From positions 1 through 46,640 of IMG/VR virus record IMGVR_UViG_3300027804_003258: 46,640 nt of DNA, one strand, 5' to 3'. The translations under genes and the position numbers were made by a program. The stretch comes from a virus. Taxonomy: Duplodnaviria > Caudoviricetes. Shown in pieces: positions 38,940-46,640 of this stretch. Below the pieces are notes generated by a model that was given only the letters and a program-made list of their open reading frames with translations, did not search any database and was not told where the DNA came from. The number at the start of each line of letters is the position of its first letter. Position 1 is the first letter of the stretch.

Positions 38940-39612
38940 TATTTTCTCTCAATACATTTCGAATCAAATCTCTGATTGACTCTTTTCTTGGCTTATATGA
39001 AGTCATTGTGGGTTTGTTTCCTGTACCTATTTTCGGGTCTTTTTTTTCAGCCTTTCTTTTTTGTTGACAAGCCGCCCTTTTTTGAGAGTCTGACATTTTA
39101 GCCGCAACACCGGCAGCTCTACATTTAGGGTAACCTTTTCCTGACGCTTCAGGTCTACCACAAGGAGGATGACCACCACCTTCTTTTTTTCTACAAATAT
39201 TGACCCATGGTCCTTTCGGTTGTTTGCTTCCTTTTGGTTTCTTTTTTGTACCGAACCAAACAGCCAAATCTTCTTTTAAGAATGAAACATCTTCCAATGG
39301 ACCACCATTTAAGGTTGGATTCATGGCTGAACCTTCTTCATCGTTCTGTCCCTGATAAAATTGTTTAAGATAATCTATTCTTTTGGCGAGTTTTCTCATT
39401 CTCATTTCTTTCTCCAACGTATCTTCTAAAGGTAATTTGAAGTCATCATCATAATCTTCATATTCTAATTGAGCATCAATAAACGGGGAAACCCTGTCCG
39501 TGAAAGGACCAAGTTGTTCATTTTCCCAAGGTTGTGGTACTAATACCATCGGTACTTTGAATTTACCAGCATTTGCTGAACCTGTAGCTTCCTTTAATGT
39601 ATTTTTTTTCAT
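38932..39612 (-). CDS. acidic leader fused to a basic Cys-containing module (WF...WVNI...PCGR...YPKC)
   Basis: Start moved to the ATG at 39612 because TATTTATT boxes lie at 39626-39644; basic module follows ...FLKE. Confidence 0.7.
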   Translation of the reverse strand: MKKNTLKEATGSANAGKFKVPMVLVPQPWENEQLGPFTDRVSPFIDAQLEYEDYDDDFKLPLEDTLEKEMRMRKLAKRIDYLKQFYQGQNDEEGSAMNPTLNGGPLEDVSFLKEDLAVWFGTKKKPKGSKQPKGPWVNICRKKEGGGHPPCGRPEASGKGYPKCRAAGVAAKMSDSQKRAACQQKRKAEKKDPKIGTGNKPTMTSYKPRKESIRDLIRNVLRENIS

Positions 39613-39650
39613 ATATTTACCCTTAAATAAATATACAATAAATATCATTT

Positions 39651-39899
39651 ATGGAAGACAATGAACCGATTATAGGACAACTATTTGATGTCATACCCTA
39701 TAAATCTGAAGAAGATATATCCAATCTAATAGACAATATGAATCTACCTCAAAGTATTCATTTAATCACAAATGCACTTGAGATGTCTATAAGACAAAAC
39801 ATCTATTCTTTACATGAACAAGAGATTATATTAAAATCTATGAGAATTTTGAATAAATCTGTTTTTTCTAAACAAAATGACGGAACAAACCAAATCTGA
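39651..39899 (+). CDS. hypothetical protein
   Basis: 82-aa ORF. Confidence 0.7.
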   Translation: MEDNEPIIGQLFDVIPYKSEEDISNLIDNMNLPQSIHLITNALEMSIRQNIYSLHEQEIILKSMRILNKSVFSKQNDGTNQI

Positions 39900-40065
39900 T
39901 TTAATTTCTAAAATAATAAAATTAGAATACGAAATAACGACAGCAATTATTGATGGACACAAACCATCAATAAATGATAAGTTCCAAGAAATGAGAAGTG
40001 AGTTGAACACCCTACGATGTTTGGTTTTTGGGTACGAAAGTAATTTTTGTAAAAAAAATTTGTGA
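39877..40065 (+). CDS. hypothetical protein
   Basis: 62-aa ORF. Confidence 0.6.
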   Translation: MTEQTKSDLISKIIKLEYEITTAIIDGHKPSINDKFQEMRSELNTLRCLVFGYESNFCKKNL

Positions 40066-40108
40066 GTTTGAAATAATTTATTAATTTTGTATAAATACTT
40101 TATGAAAT

Positions 40109-40135
40109 AAAAAAAGGGTCCCGAAGGACCCTTTT
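40109..40135 (-). terminator. intrinsic terminator with cUUCGg tetraloop downstream of the major capsid gene
   Basis: Minus strand GGGTCC-TTCG-GGACCC-TTTTTTT; the + strand also has a TTTT tract. Confidence 0.9.
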
Positions 40136-40154
40136 ATATAAAGGTTAGACCATA

Positions 40155-41957
40155 TTATCTCAACTCTCTCAAATCGAATGTTCTAACACCATCAACTGTG
40201 ATTCTACCGTAGAATCTGTTGTTAACCACCTTCTTAGCGTATCTAGTCATGATACCTTTGATTGGTGTGAAGTTGAATGGGTTATACATTGTTGGAGTAA
40301 GTTGTAAAGGTACATATGGTGCGTAAATGTAACCTGTGTCAAGTAAAGATGTACCTTTGTGTCCCAATAACAATTGGTTAGCTGGGAAGTAAGGGTCTCT
40401 ATAAACTTGATATCTACCTGCTAAAGTACCAATTCTTTCGATACCCATGTTGTATTGGTCTTGCTCAGGAGCTGCGTTTGAAACGTGGAAATACTCCAAG
40501 TCATCAAAAATAGCACTGATTTCAGAGGATACAACAATCCAGTTAGCACCACCTCTTAAAGTAGACTTATGGATTTGAGCTGAAATTTGGTTGATAGCTG
40601 TGATAAGCGTTTGGTTCCAGTCTTTTTGAGTGTAAGGAACAGCACCGATAGAACTTAATCTCTTCCATCCGTTATAATCCCATCTCAAGTTCCAAGCTGC
40701 AGCTTTTCTCAAATCTCTCAAGATTTCTCTATCGATTTCAGCAGCTACCTGCTCAGAAAGTAAAGCTGTCAATTCAGCTTCAGCATCAATGTTATGGAAT
40801 GCTGCAACGTCCTGTGCCATTTCTGGAGACCATTGAGCTCTTAATTTTCTTTCAGTTACAGAAACTGTTACTGACATAAGGTCAAAAGAAACCTCACCAA
40901 TCTTATCTTCGAACTCGAGGTTCTTGTAGATTCTGTAAGTTCCAGAGAATGCGTCAGCTACAGCTGTAGATGAAGAGAACGAAGAACCTGTGTAACCGTC
41001 AAGTGAACCACCACAAGAGATACAAACAGGAACTTGTAAATCTACCTCAAGATAGATTTTACCTTCAACGTCACAAAGGTCATCGTATTGACCACCGCCA
41101 GTCTTGGAGTTAGGCCAAGGAGCGTCAGCGTTGTTATTACCATATTGTACGATACCTTTACCATATCTTTGAGTTACAACTCTGAACAAATAATTGTTCG
41201 AAGTATTTGCAGATGTATAAATATTACCTGCCTTACCTCTGATTTGTAAATCAGCAAGGAAAGATTCGTTATCGATTGGGTTACCATCAGGTCCAATCAA
41301 TTTACCAGCACCATCAGATGCAAAACCTGACATAACTACAAGAACTTTTCTATAGTTGTCAGTTGAATATCCTGAAGGAATAAGAGAATCTCCAACCCAT
41401 GCTACAGTAACAACTGTACCTGTGATTGCTGACCACTCACCTTTAGAATAATCGTAAAGACCTGGAGGGTCTAAAGCTGGTTCATTACCTTCATAAAATC
41501 TATCATAAAGGTCTTTAGTGTTGTTGTAGTCATAACCACTGTTTGGTGTTTGACCTTCAGACGCGTTTGGAGCTCCATAAGGTGCCCAGTGTGTTGCGTT
41601 GTTTACTGATTCAGTTTCATATGACTGAATGTTTGGTACGAAGTAGAACAATTTACCGATAGGTAAGTTCATAGCTTGTACTGAAACGATGTCGTTAGCC
41701 AACAATTTAGAGAATACTCTTCTTACGATTGGAAATACAACAGTTTCGAATGCACCTGTGTCAGATGTAGACGAAGCTTCGTTGATTAAATAAGAAGCTT
41801 GGTTCTCATAAAGTTGAGCAACGTTTTCTTTTAGGTGACCTTTAAGACCCTCAAGGAATCCTAATTTGTCCCATTTGTTGATAGTATCTTCTTTGATAAC
41901 TTTAAGGTGCTTAAGACCAATGTTACCAACAAGACCTGATTCTAATAATGCTCCCAT
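40155..41957 (-). CDS. gp23: major capsid protein (T4 gp23 family)
   Basis: PIVRRVF, LANDIVSVQAM, RKLRAQWSPEMAQD, DAEAELTALLSEQVAAEIDREI, YAPYVPL, GIMTRY. Confidence 0.97.
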   Translation of the reverse strand: MGALLESGLVGNIGLKHLKVIKEDTINKWDKLGFLEGLKGHLKENVAQLYENQASYLINEASSTSDTGAFETVVFPIVRRVFSKLLANDIVSVQAMNLPIGKLFYFVPNIQSYETESVNNATHWAPYGAPNASEGQTPNSGYDYNNTKDLYDRFYEGNEPALDPPGLYDYSKGEWSAITGTVVTVAWVGDSLIPSGYSTDNYRKVLVVMSGFASDGAGKLIGPDGNPIDNESFLADLQIRGKAGNIYTSANTSNNYLFRVVTQRYGKGIVQYGNNNADAPWPNSKTGGGQYDDLCDVEGKIYLEVDLQVPVCISCGGSLDGYTGSSFSSSTAVADAFSGTYRIYKNLEFEDKIGEVSFDLMSVTVSVTERKLRAQWSPEMAQDVAAFHNIDAEAELTALLSEQVAAEIDREILRDLRKAAAWNLRWDYNGWKRLSSIGAVPYTQKDWNQTLITAINQISAQIHKSTLRGGANWIVVSSEISAIFDDLEYFHVSNAAPEQDQYNMGIERIGTLAGRYQVYRDPYFPANQLLLGHKGTSLLDTGYIYAPYVPLQLTPTMYNPFNFTPIKGIMTRYAKKVVNNRFYGRITVDGVRTFDLRELR

Positions 41958-41993
41958 TTTTTTGAGTATTTTAGTTTTAGTTTATTAATTTTA

Positions 41994-43586
41994 TTAACCA
42001 ATCTTTGTCATCAAATCTCTCATTCTTAAGAATTGAGGATTTTCATATGTTTTAGATTCGATTAATGTTGTCGCAGAACCTGAAGAAACTTGTTTGTTTA
42101 ATTTATTTTCTACAGTTTCGTTGATTGATTTTGTTTCACTTTTAGAAAGTTCATCTTTTATAGACTTATAAAGATTTTTCGATTCTTTTAAGCTTTCAAC
42201 AGAGTCAAACCTTCTCAAAATGTTTATTTTTTCTTTTTTAGTTGTTGAGTGTTCTGTGAATAGTCTTGTTGCATAAGCTAAATTCGAATTGAATATAGCA
42301 ACTTCATTTAACTTATCTCTAAAAACATTTAATGCTTTTCTGTACTCTTCATTTTTTTCTCTCAACAAACTAACTTCTTCTTGCAAATTTTCTGAAATGT
42401 TGATGTTAAATTTCGAGTGAGCTCTTGGTTTAGGAAGGCCGCCTTTTCTAAATTTGCTACCTGCTCCCAAATATCTTCCATACTCTTTTGCCTCGACTTT
42501 CTTCACCATTTTATTTTTACCAACTTCAGCGTTTTCGCCCTTTCCAAATTTTACTTTTTTAGCGTTTCCGGTTCCAACAGATTTAGGTCCCTCTTTCATT
42601 TTCTCGTTGAATCCACCTTTAGTTTTTTCATAAGAAAATTTAGGTCCATTACCCTTCTTTTCACCTTTTACGCTAACTTTTTTAGCTTTCTTGTGGTTGT
42701 AAGCTTCATCCAAACCGCCTTCTTCATCATCTGATTCTTCGTTCATTTGGTCGTCATCATCTGATTCTTCGTTCATTTGGTCGTCATCATCTGATTCTTC
42801 GTTCATTTGGTCGTCATCATCTGATTCTTCGTTCATTTGGTCGTCATCATCTGATTCTTCCATCATTTCGAATTCAAATTCTTCTTCATCAGAATCTTCT
42901 GAACCCATTTCCATTTCATCTTCAGAATCCATTTCCATTTCATCTTCAGAATCCATTTCCATTTCATCTTCAGAATCATCAAATTCGATTTCATAAACCA
43001 TTTCTTCAGGGTCATTACTATCGACATCCATCTCATCAAGACTTCCATCTTTTGAGAAGATAGCGTTAATAACATCTTCAGTGCTTGCTTCATCCATGTC
43101 GTGATACATTTCTTCCATATTTTGTTGTTCGTTTAGGTCATCTACTGACTCACCCATTTTTACAAGATATTCTGTATCTGCTTCATTGTCTTTTAAGTGG
43201 ATGTCTTCACCATCTTTTTTTACGATGATTCCATCATCTTCACCCATAGCTTTGAAGACTCTTAAGATTTCCTCGTCAGATGCGTCTGTCAAGTCGATTG
43301 GACTTTCTTCAGAATCCATGTCCATGTCCAACTCCATGTCGTCCATTTCCATTTCATCTTCATTATCAGTTTCCATGTCGTCAGATTCTTCATCTTCAAC
43401 GTCCATGTCAACTTCTGCTTCAACCTCATCCTCGTCAGCTTGCTCGGAAAGAGATTCTTTTACTAATTGGTTGATTTCTTCCTTCATTGTAGAAGCAAGT
43501 ATTCCTTTTGCATTTTCGGCAATTGCTTCTTCAACTTGTTTCATTTGAATTAGCGCCTCTTGTACTAAATTTTTATTTTCTTGCAT
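41994..43586 (-). CDS. prohead core scaffold protein (gp22-like)
   Basis: Very acidic; C-terminal coiled coil; lies between the protease and the major capsid gene. Confidence 0.8.
   Translation of the reverse strand: MQENKNLVQEALIQMKQVEEAIAENAKGILASTMKEEINQLVKESLSEQADEDEVEAEVDMDVEDEESDDMETDNEDEMEMDDMELDMDMDSEESPIDLTDASDEEILRVFKAMGEDDGIIVKKDGEDIHLKDNEADTEYLVKMGESVDDLNEQQNMEEMYHDMDEASTEDVINAIFSKDGSLDEMDVDSNDPEEMVYEIEFDDSEDEMEMDSEDEMEMDSEDEMEMGSEDSDEEEFEFEMMEESDDDDQMNEESDDDDQMNEESDDDDQMNEESDDDDQMNEESDDEEGGLDEAYNHKKAKKVSVKGEKKGNGPKFSYEKTKGGFNEKMKEGPKSVGTGNAKKVKFGKGENAEVGKNKMVKKVEAKEYGRYLGAGSKFRKGGLPKPRAHSKFNINISENLQEEVSLLREKNEEYRKALNVFRDKLNEVAIFNSNLAYATRLFTEHSTTKKEKINILRRFDSVESLKESKNLYKSIKDELSKSETKSINETVENKLNKQVSSGSATTLIESKTYENPQFLRMRDLMTKIG
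42724..42860. repeat. perfect 30-bp tandem repeat, ~4.6 copies (NEESDDDDQM)
   Basis: tcatcatctgattcttcgttcatttggtcg repeated. Confidence 0.95.
42905..42976. repeat. 24-bp tandem repeat x3 (DSEDEMEM)
   Basis: ccatttccatttcatcttcagaat repeated. Confidence 0.9.
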
Positions 43587-43610
43587 ACGAAAATATTATT
43601 ATTTTTAACT

Positions 43611-43618
43611 TATAAATA
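43611..43618 (-). promoter_or_regulatory. putative late promoter box TATTTATA for the scaffold-capsid transcript
   Basis: 24 nt upstream of the ATG at 43586. Confidence 0.65.
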
Positions 43619-43647
43619 GTGGCAAAAACAAAAAAAGTTTAGAATCA

Positions 43648-43980
43648 TTATACTGTAACGTAAGATTTTTCTTGTTGTTGGACTAAAATTGGAGTTTTGT
43701 TTGTTTGTTGTGAAATCCAAGTCTCCACTGATGAATAGGAATCATCAACTAAAATGAATGAGGATGTCGCCTCTGAAATAGTGTCTTTCAGACTTATGTT
43801 GTAAATTTTGCTGGAAGACGCATTGATAACTATTACACTTGTATTGGAGGAAACCAATGCGATTGATTGTAAATCTTCACCTGTACCTTCCATATATGAA
43901 AGTGAATTTGACCAAGATGAGGAGTTTAATATTCTTGATATTGTTGTGGGTCCTGACTTACTTACTACGTTAAAATACAT
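43648..43980 (-). CDS. hypothetical Ser/Thr-rich protein
   Basis: 110-aa ORF; TATTTATT at 43994-44001. Confidence 0.7.
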   Translation of the reverse strand: MYFNVVSKSGPTTISRILNSSSWSNSLSYMEGTGEDLQSIALVSSNTSVIVINASSSKIYNISLKDTISEATSSFILVDDSYSSVETWISQQTNKTPILVQQQEKSYVTV

Positions 43981-44011
43981 GGTTGATTTTCATAATAAAT
44001 ATCAACCAAAT

Positions 44012-44035
44012 AAAAAAAGTGGTCAAAGACCACTT
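44012..44035 (-). terminator. intrinsic terminator
   Basis: Minus strand AAGTGGTC-TTT-GACCACTT-TTTTT, overlapping the stop of 44034..44243. Confidence 0.75.
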
Positions 44036-44243
44036 ATTTTATAACTTCATCGATTTTACTTTCAGATACTGATGTTATTCTCCAATCATGAGAAAAACTC
44101 TCATATCTTTTAGTGACTTTGGCTTCTACATCAGTCACCGAAAAACCTTTAACTAATTTTTCTTCTCTGATTTTTTTAATTTTACCGGTATTCTCATCAG
44201 GAAGGTCATAGGTAATTTTAGCAACAAAAAATTTTTCGTCCAT
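44034..44243 (-). CDS. DUF4494-like protein
   Basis: FVAKITYD...GKIKKIREEKLVKGFSVTDVEAKV resembles the Bacteroidota DUF4494 pattern as I recall it. Confidence 0.6.
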   Translation of the reverse strand: MDEKFFVAKITYDLPDENTGKIKKIREEKLVKGFSVTDVEAKVTKRYESFSHDWRITSVSESKIDEVIK

Positions 44244-44252
44244 AAATTAAAT

Positions 44253-44969
44253 TTATTTACCTAAATAATGAGATAATTTTTTCATTAAATCAATAGATTT
44301 TTCTACCTGTTGCCCTTTTACCTTTTGTAAAACTTCTTCCTCCAAATTTTCTTCATATTTTTCTCTGTCATCTTTATTGGAAAACAAATAAGCACCTGGT
44401 GTTGAAGGTGAAGAAACTAAATCGAAACAAATCAATTCAAAATCATCTTGGACTTCATTTCTTTCACCAACTTTTTTAAGTGACCCAACCCCTCTTGAAG
44501 AAATACCCAAAGTTACTCCTTGTCTCATCAAATTTGCAGCAACATCTCCTTTTGAGGATACAATACCTCTTTCGTGAAAACCAGGAGTTGTCAACAATTT
44601 CAACTTTCCCATCAAAATATTTTTATCCCACCAAATATCGGTTATTAAATGTGATACTCTATCTAAATCAATCAATGATGATTCAGGATGATTAAGTTCC
44701 GATGTTGATAATCCTTTAGATATTGCTGTTTTGTACTTATCAGCTTCTCTTTTCAAAATATTTTCAGGATAAAATCTACCATTCCTGTTGGGTGTATTAT
44801 ACTTTTGAAGAACCGCATAAAACTCAAAAGGATTCCTGTAATCCAAATTTTGAGATTCACGTAGAATTTCCATGTTCAGTTTGTCTTTCGGAGATACGAA
44901 ACCAGCGTCCATTTCTATTAATATTCCGTGACCTAGTTCATTCGCCTCTAATATTCTCAATTGTTTCAT
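44253..44969 (-). CDS. prohead core protease (T4 gp21-like)
   Basis: NRNGRFY, ELNHP, RVSH, GISSRGVGS, DLVSSPSTPGA. Confidence 0.93.
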   Translation of the reverse strand: MKQLRILEANELGHGILIEMDAGFVSPKDKLNMEILRESQNLDYRNPFEFYAVLQKYNTPNRNGRFYPENILKREADKYKTAISKGLSTSELNHPESSLIDLDRVSHLITDIWWDKNILMGKLKLLTTPGFHERGIVSSKGDVAANLMRQGVTLGISSRGVGSLKKVGERNEVQDDFELICFDLVSSPSTPGAYLFSNKDDREKYEENLEEEVLQKVKGQQVEKSIDLMKKLSHYLGK

Positions 44970-45009
44970 TAGGCTTTTTCTAATAAATATTGAGACATAT
45001 TAGTTTATC

Positions 45010-45444
45010 TTACTTTTCACTTTTGGATGTTGAAAAGACAAAGTATTGGTTGTTAACAATATTTTCTTTGAAGACAGATTTAACGATTTTTTTTATTGAG
45101 TCTTTTATTTCTAATGATTTGAAATCTGTTTCACAATTAATGAATAAGTTCACTTCTAAATTAAAAAAAGATTTTTTTCCATGAGATATACCGCTTGTTC
45201 GAAGGTCCAAATCAACAATACTTTTGTCTTTGAAAACGTTTGGTGAGATAGAATTATATACTGAATGTTTTATTTCTCTTGTCAAATTACAAACAACCCT
45301 ATTCCAATTATCATACTCGAATTTGGGAGTGACCCACGATTGAATGTTTATATATACAGATTTTAAATTTTTTGAATCTACAGTACCATAGACAGATTTA
45401 ATTGGGTTGAATAGGTTCAACTTTACACTTTTTCCTTTCTTCAT
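45010..45444 (-). CDS. hypothetical protein
   Basis: 144-aa ORF; upstream TTTG-N20-TATTTTTA (45475-45506). Confidence 0.75.
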   Translation of the reverse strand: MKKGKSVKLNLFNPIKSVYGTVDSKNLKSVYINIQSWVTPKFEYDNWNRVVCNLTREIKHSVYNSISPNVFKDKSIVDLDLRTSGISHGKKSFFNLEVNLFINCETDFKSLEIKDSIKKIVKSVFKENIVNNQYFVFSTSKSEK

Positions 45445-45537
45445 TAAATTTCATATTATCGAAGTTTATTTTTATAAAAATAACACTACTAATCTTATAA
45501 GTCAAAAATTTAACGAAAAACCAGATATTTCTAGAAT

Positions 45538-45723
45538 ATGTTAATTATTGAAATCAAAAATGGAGATAACTTGGAAAAGGCTTTAAAACAACTTAAGTCC
45601 AAAGTTATCAAAACAAAACAAAACCAAATTCTAACCGAAAGAAAAGAGTACAAAAAAAAATCTGTGAAAAAAAGGTCACAGATTCTGAAAGCTATTTACG
45701 TACAAAAAAAGAAATCAAATTGA
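45538..45723 (+). CDS. rpsU: phage-encoded 30S ribosomal protein bS21
   Basis: MLIIEIKNGDNLEKALK...RKEYKKKSVKKR...KAIY: typical bS21 pattern and length. Confidence 0.9.
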   Translation: MLIIEIKNGDNLEKALKQLKSKVIKTKQNQILTERKEYKKKSVKKRSQILKAIYVQKKKSN

Positions 45724-46413
45724 TTCTTCCAAGTTTTTCAGTTTGAGAAAATTTACTTGGTCAAACTTTTCTTGTTTTATTCTGTCAATCGTCTCCGCTA
45801 ACTTTGTTTTAAGTTCGAATTCTTTTTCGTTTTCTAAAATTGAATTTAACTTACCGATTGTTTTTTCTTTTAAAGTTTCATATTTTGTTTGGAGAGTCGT
45901 AGTATCTTCTGAAATTAAAGTCATGAATTCTTTTCTTGAAGATTCATCCATTGAGGTTAAAAAATTATTCAAAGTTTGATTAGCGATTGTGACCATTGAT
46001 TTGATTGGTAAATTAATAGATTCTTTAACTGATGTCTTATTTGAAGTTAAAACCGCAATTATGTTTTTCTTCGCATCGACTCTTTCTATCAAACTTATTT
46101 TACTCGTATAGACGAGAGTGTCAATATCTTCATAAGAGTTGTCTTTAATTTCTGATATTGTAATTGGCATTTTAATTTTGGTCAACAAATTTTGAATGAG
46201 AGTAATCCCTTCGGTTATGAACTCTTTAGCATCTGATTCTGATAACCCTTGAGGTGTACTCAATTGGTCATACAAAGAATAAATCTTTGAAAGATTTTTA
46301 TTCTCAAGAACATTGTGTTTGAATTCACGTAATAATTTTCTGAAATCGTCTTGGTTTTGATAGGACTCTATCAACTTATTTTCAATAAGTGTTTTTACTT
46401 TTCCGAAGGTCAT
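45715..46413 (-). CDS. hypothetical head-module protein
   Basis: 232-aa ORF; TATTTATT at 46429-46436. Confidence 0.75.
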   Translation of the reverse strand: MTFGKVKTLIENKLIESYQNQDDFRKLLREFKHNVLENKNLSKIYSLYDQLSTPQGLSESDAKEFITEGITLIQNLLTKIKMPITISEIKDNSYEDIDTLVYTSKISLIERVDAKKNIIAVLTSNKTSVKESINLPIKSMVTIANQTLNNFLTSMDESSRKEFMTLISEDTTTLQTKYETLKEKTIGKLNSILENEKEFELKTKLAETIDRIKQEKFDQVNFLKLKNLEESI

Positions 46414-46436
46414 TTTTTTGGGCTTTCAAATAAATA

Positions 46437-46640
46437 TTATGAATTCAACAACTTGTCTAATTCTTTTGAAATTTTACCCAAAGATTCTTGAGCTTGACCC
46501 AAATCTATAAAGTTAGCCCCTTCAATTAGGTTTTCTTCAACCAAAATATTCAAATCTTTTTTTCTTGATTCAGGTGTAACTGCACCACCCGCAGGTTCTT
46601 CAGGTGGTGGTGGGGCCTCTCCACCCGCAGGTTCTTCAGG
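46437..46640 (-). CDS. C-terminal end of a gene entering from the right, probably portal (gp20-like)
   Basis: Open frame PEEPAGGEAPPPPEEPAGGAVTPESRKKDL...ELDKLLNS*; portal identity is inferred from synteny only. Confidence 0.5.
   Translation of the reverse strand, partial: PEEPAGGEAPPPPEEPAGGAVTPESRKKDLNILVEENLIEGANFIDLGQAQESLGKISKELDKLLNS

Noticed and set aside
42724-42860. 30-bp repeats as a CRISPR array
   Set aside because: Units are head-to-tail with no spacers and in frame within the scaffold gene; the same applies to the 63-bp repeats at 3322-3542.
1-46640. Alternative genetic code (stop-codon reassignment as in some large phages)
   Set aside because: Code-11 ORFs tile the window densely with full-length conserved proteins. 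TAA and TGA end many genes, and TAG ends 32247..32612 just before the next ATG.
1-46640. tRNA, rRNA, introns, inteins or homing endonucleases
   Set aside because: Intergenic gaps are mostly under ~90 nt with no cloverleaf seen, and conserved genes appear uninterrupted; tRNAscan/Infernal would be needed to exclude them formally.

Overview
AT-rich segment of a large T4-like (myovirus/jumbo-type) phage genome in the standard genetic code. The host is most likely Bacteroidota: the phage encodes a Bacteroidota-type bS21 with Tyr54, a DUF4494-like gene and TAnnTTTG promoters, and Shine-Dalgarno sites are essentially absent. From left to right: (1) 1-8948 (-), putative virion surface/fibre genes with mucin-like Thr/Pro tracts, Pro-free collagen-like (G-S/T-S)n repeats and a Cys-rich LamG-like protein. 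(2) 9002-11583 (+), small probable head-internal proteins, including a stand-alone WYL protein. (3) 11636-32228 (+), a ~20 kb tightly coupled operon with about 8 glycosyltransferase-like genes, an NDP-sugar pathway (HAD-nucleotidyltransferase, SDR epimerase/dehydratase, RmlC, DegT aminotransferase, two SAM methyltransferases, FAD enzyme), dUTPase, a 3'-5' exonuclease, PhoH and a gp55-like sigma factor. (4) 32247-38500 (+), baseplate/structural genes. (5) 40155-46640 (-), the head module (major capsid, scaffold, prohead protease, probable portal end) with bS21 on the opposite strand. The most interesting signal is a short [S/T]-G-x-T motif that is strongly enriched in the putative virion proteins and that I did not find in the enzymes of 11636-28758. 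With the glycan operon it suggests a phage-encoded, sequon-directed virion glycosylation system. Structural genes are preceded by TATTTAT(A/T/C), the reverse complement of the T4 late promoter. All family assignments come from motif recognition by eye; no searches were run.
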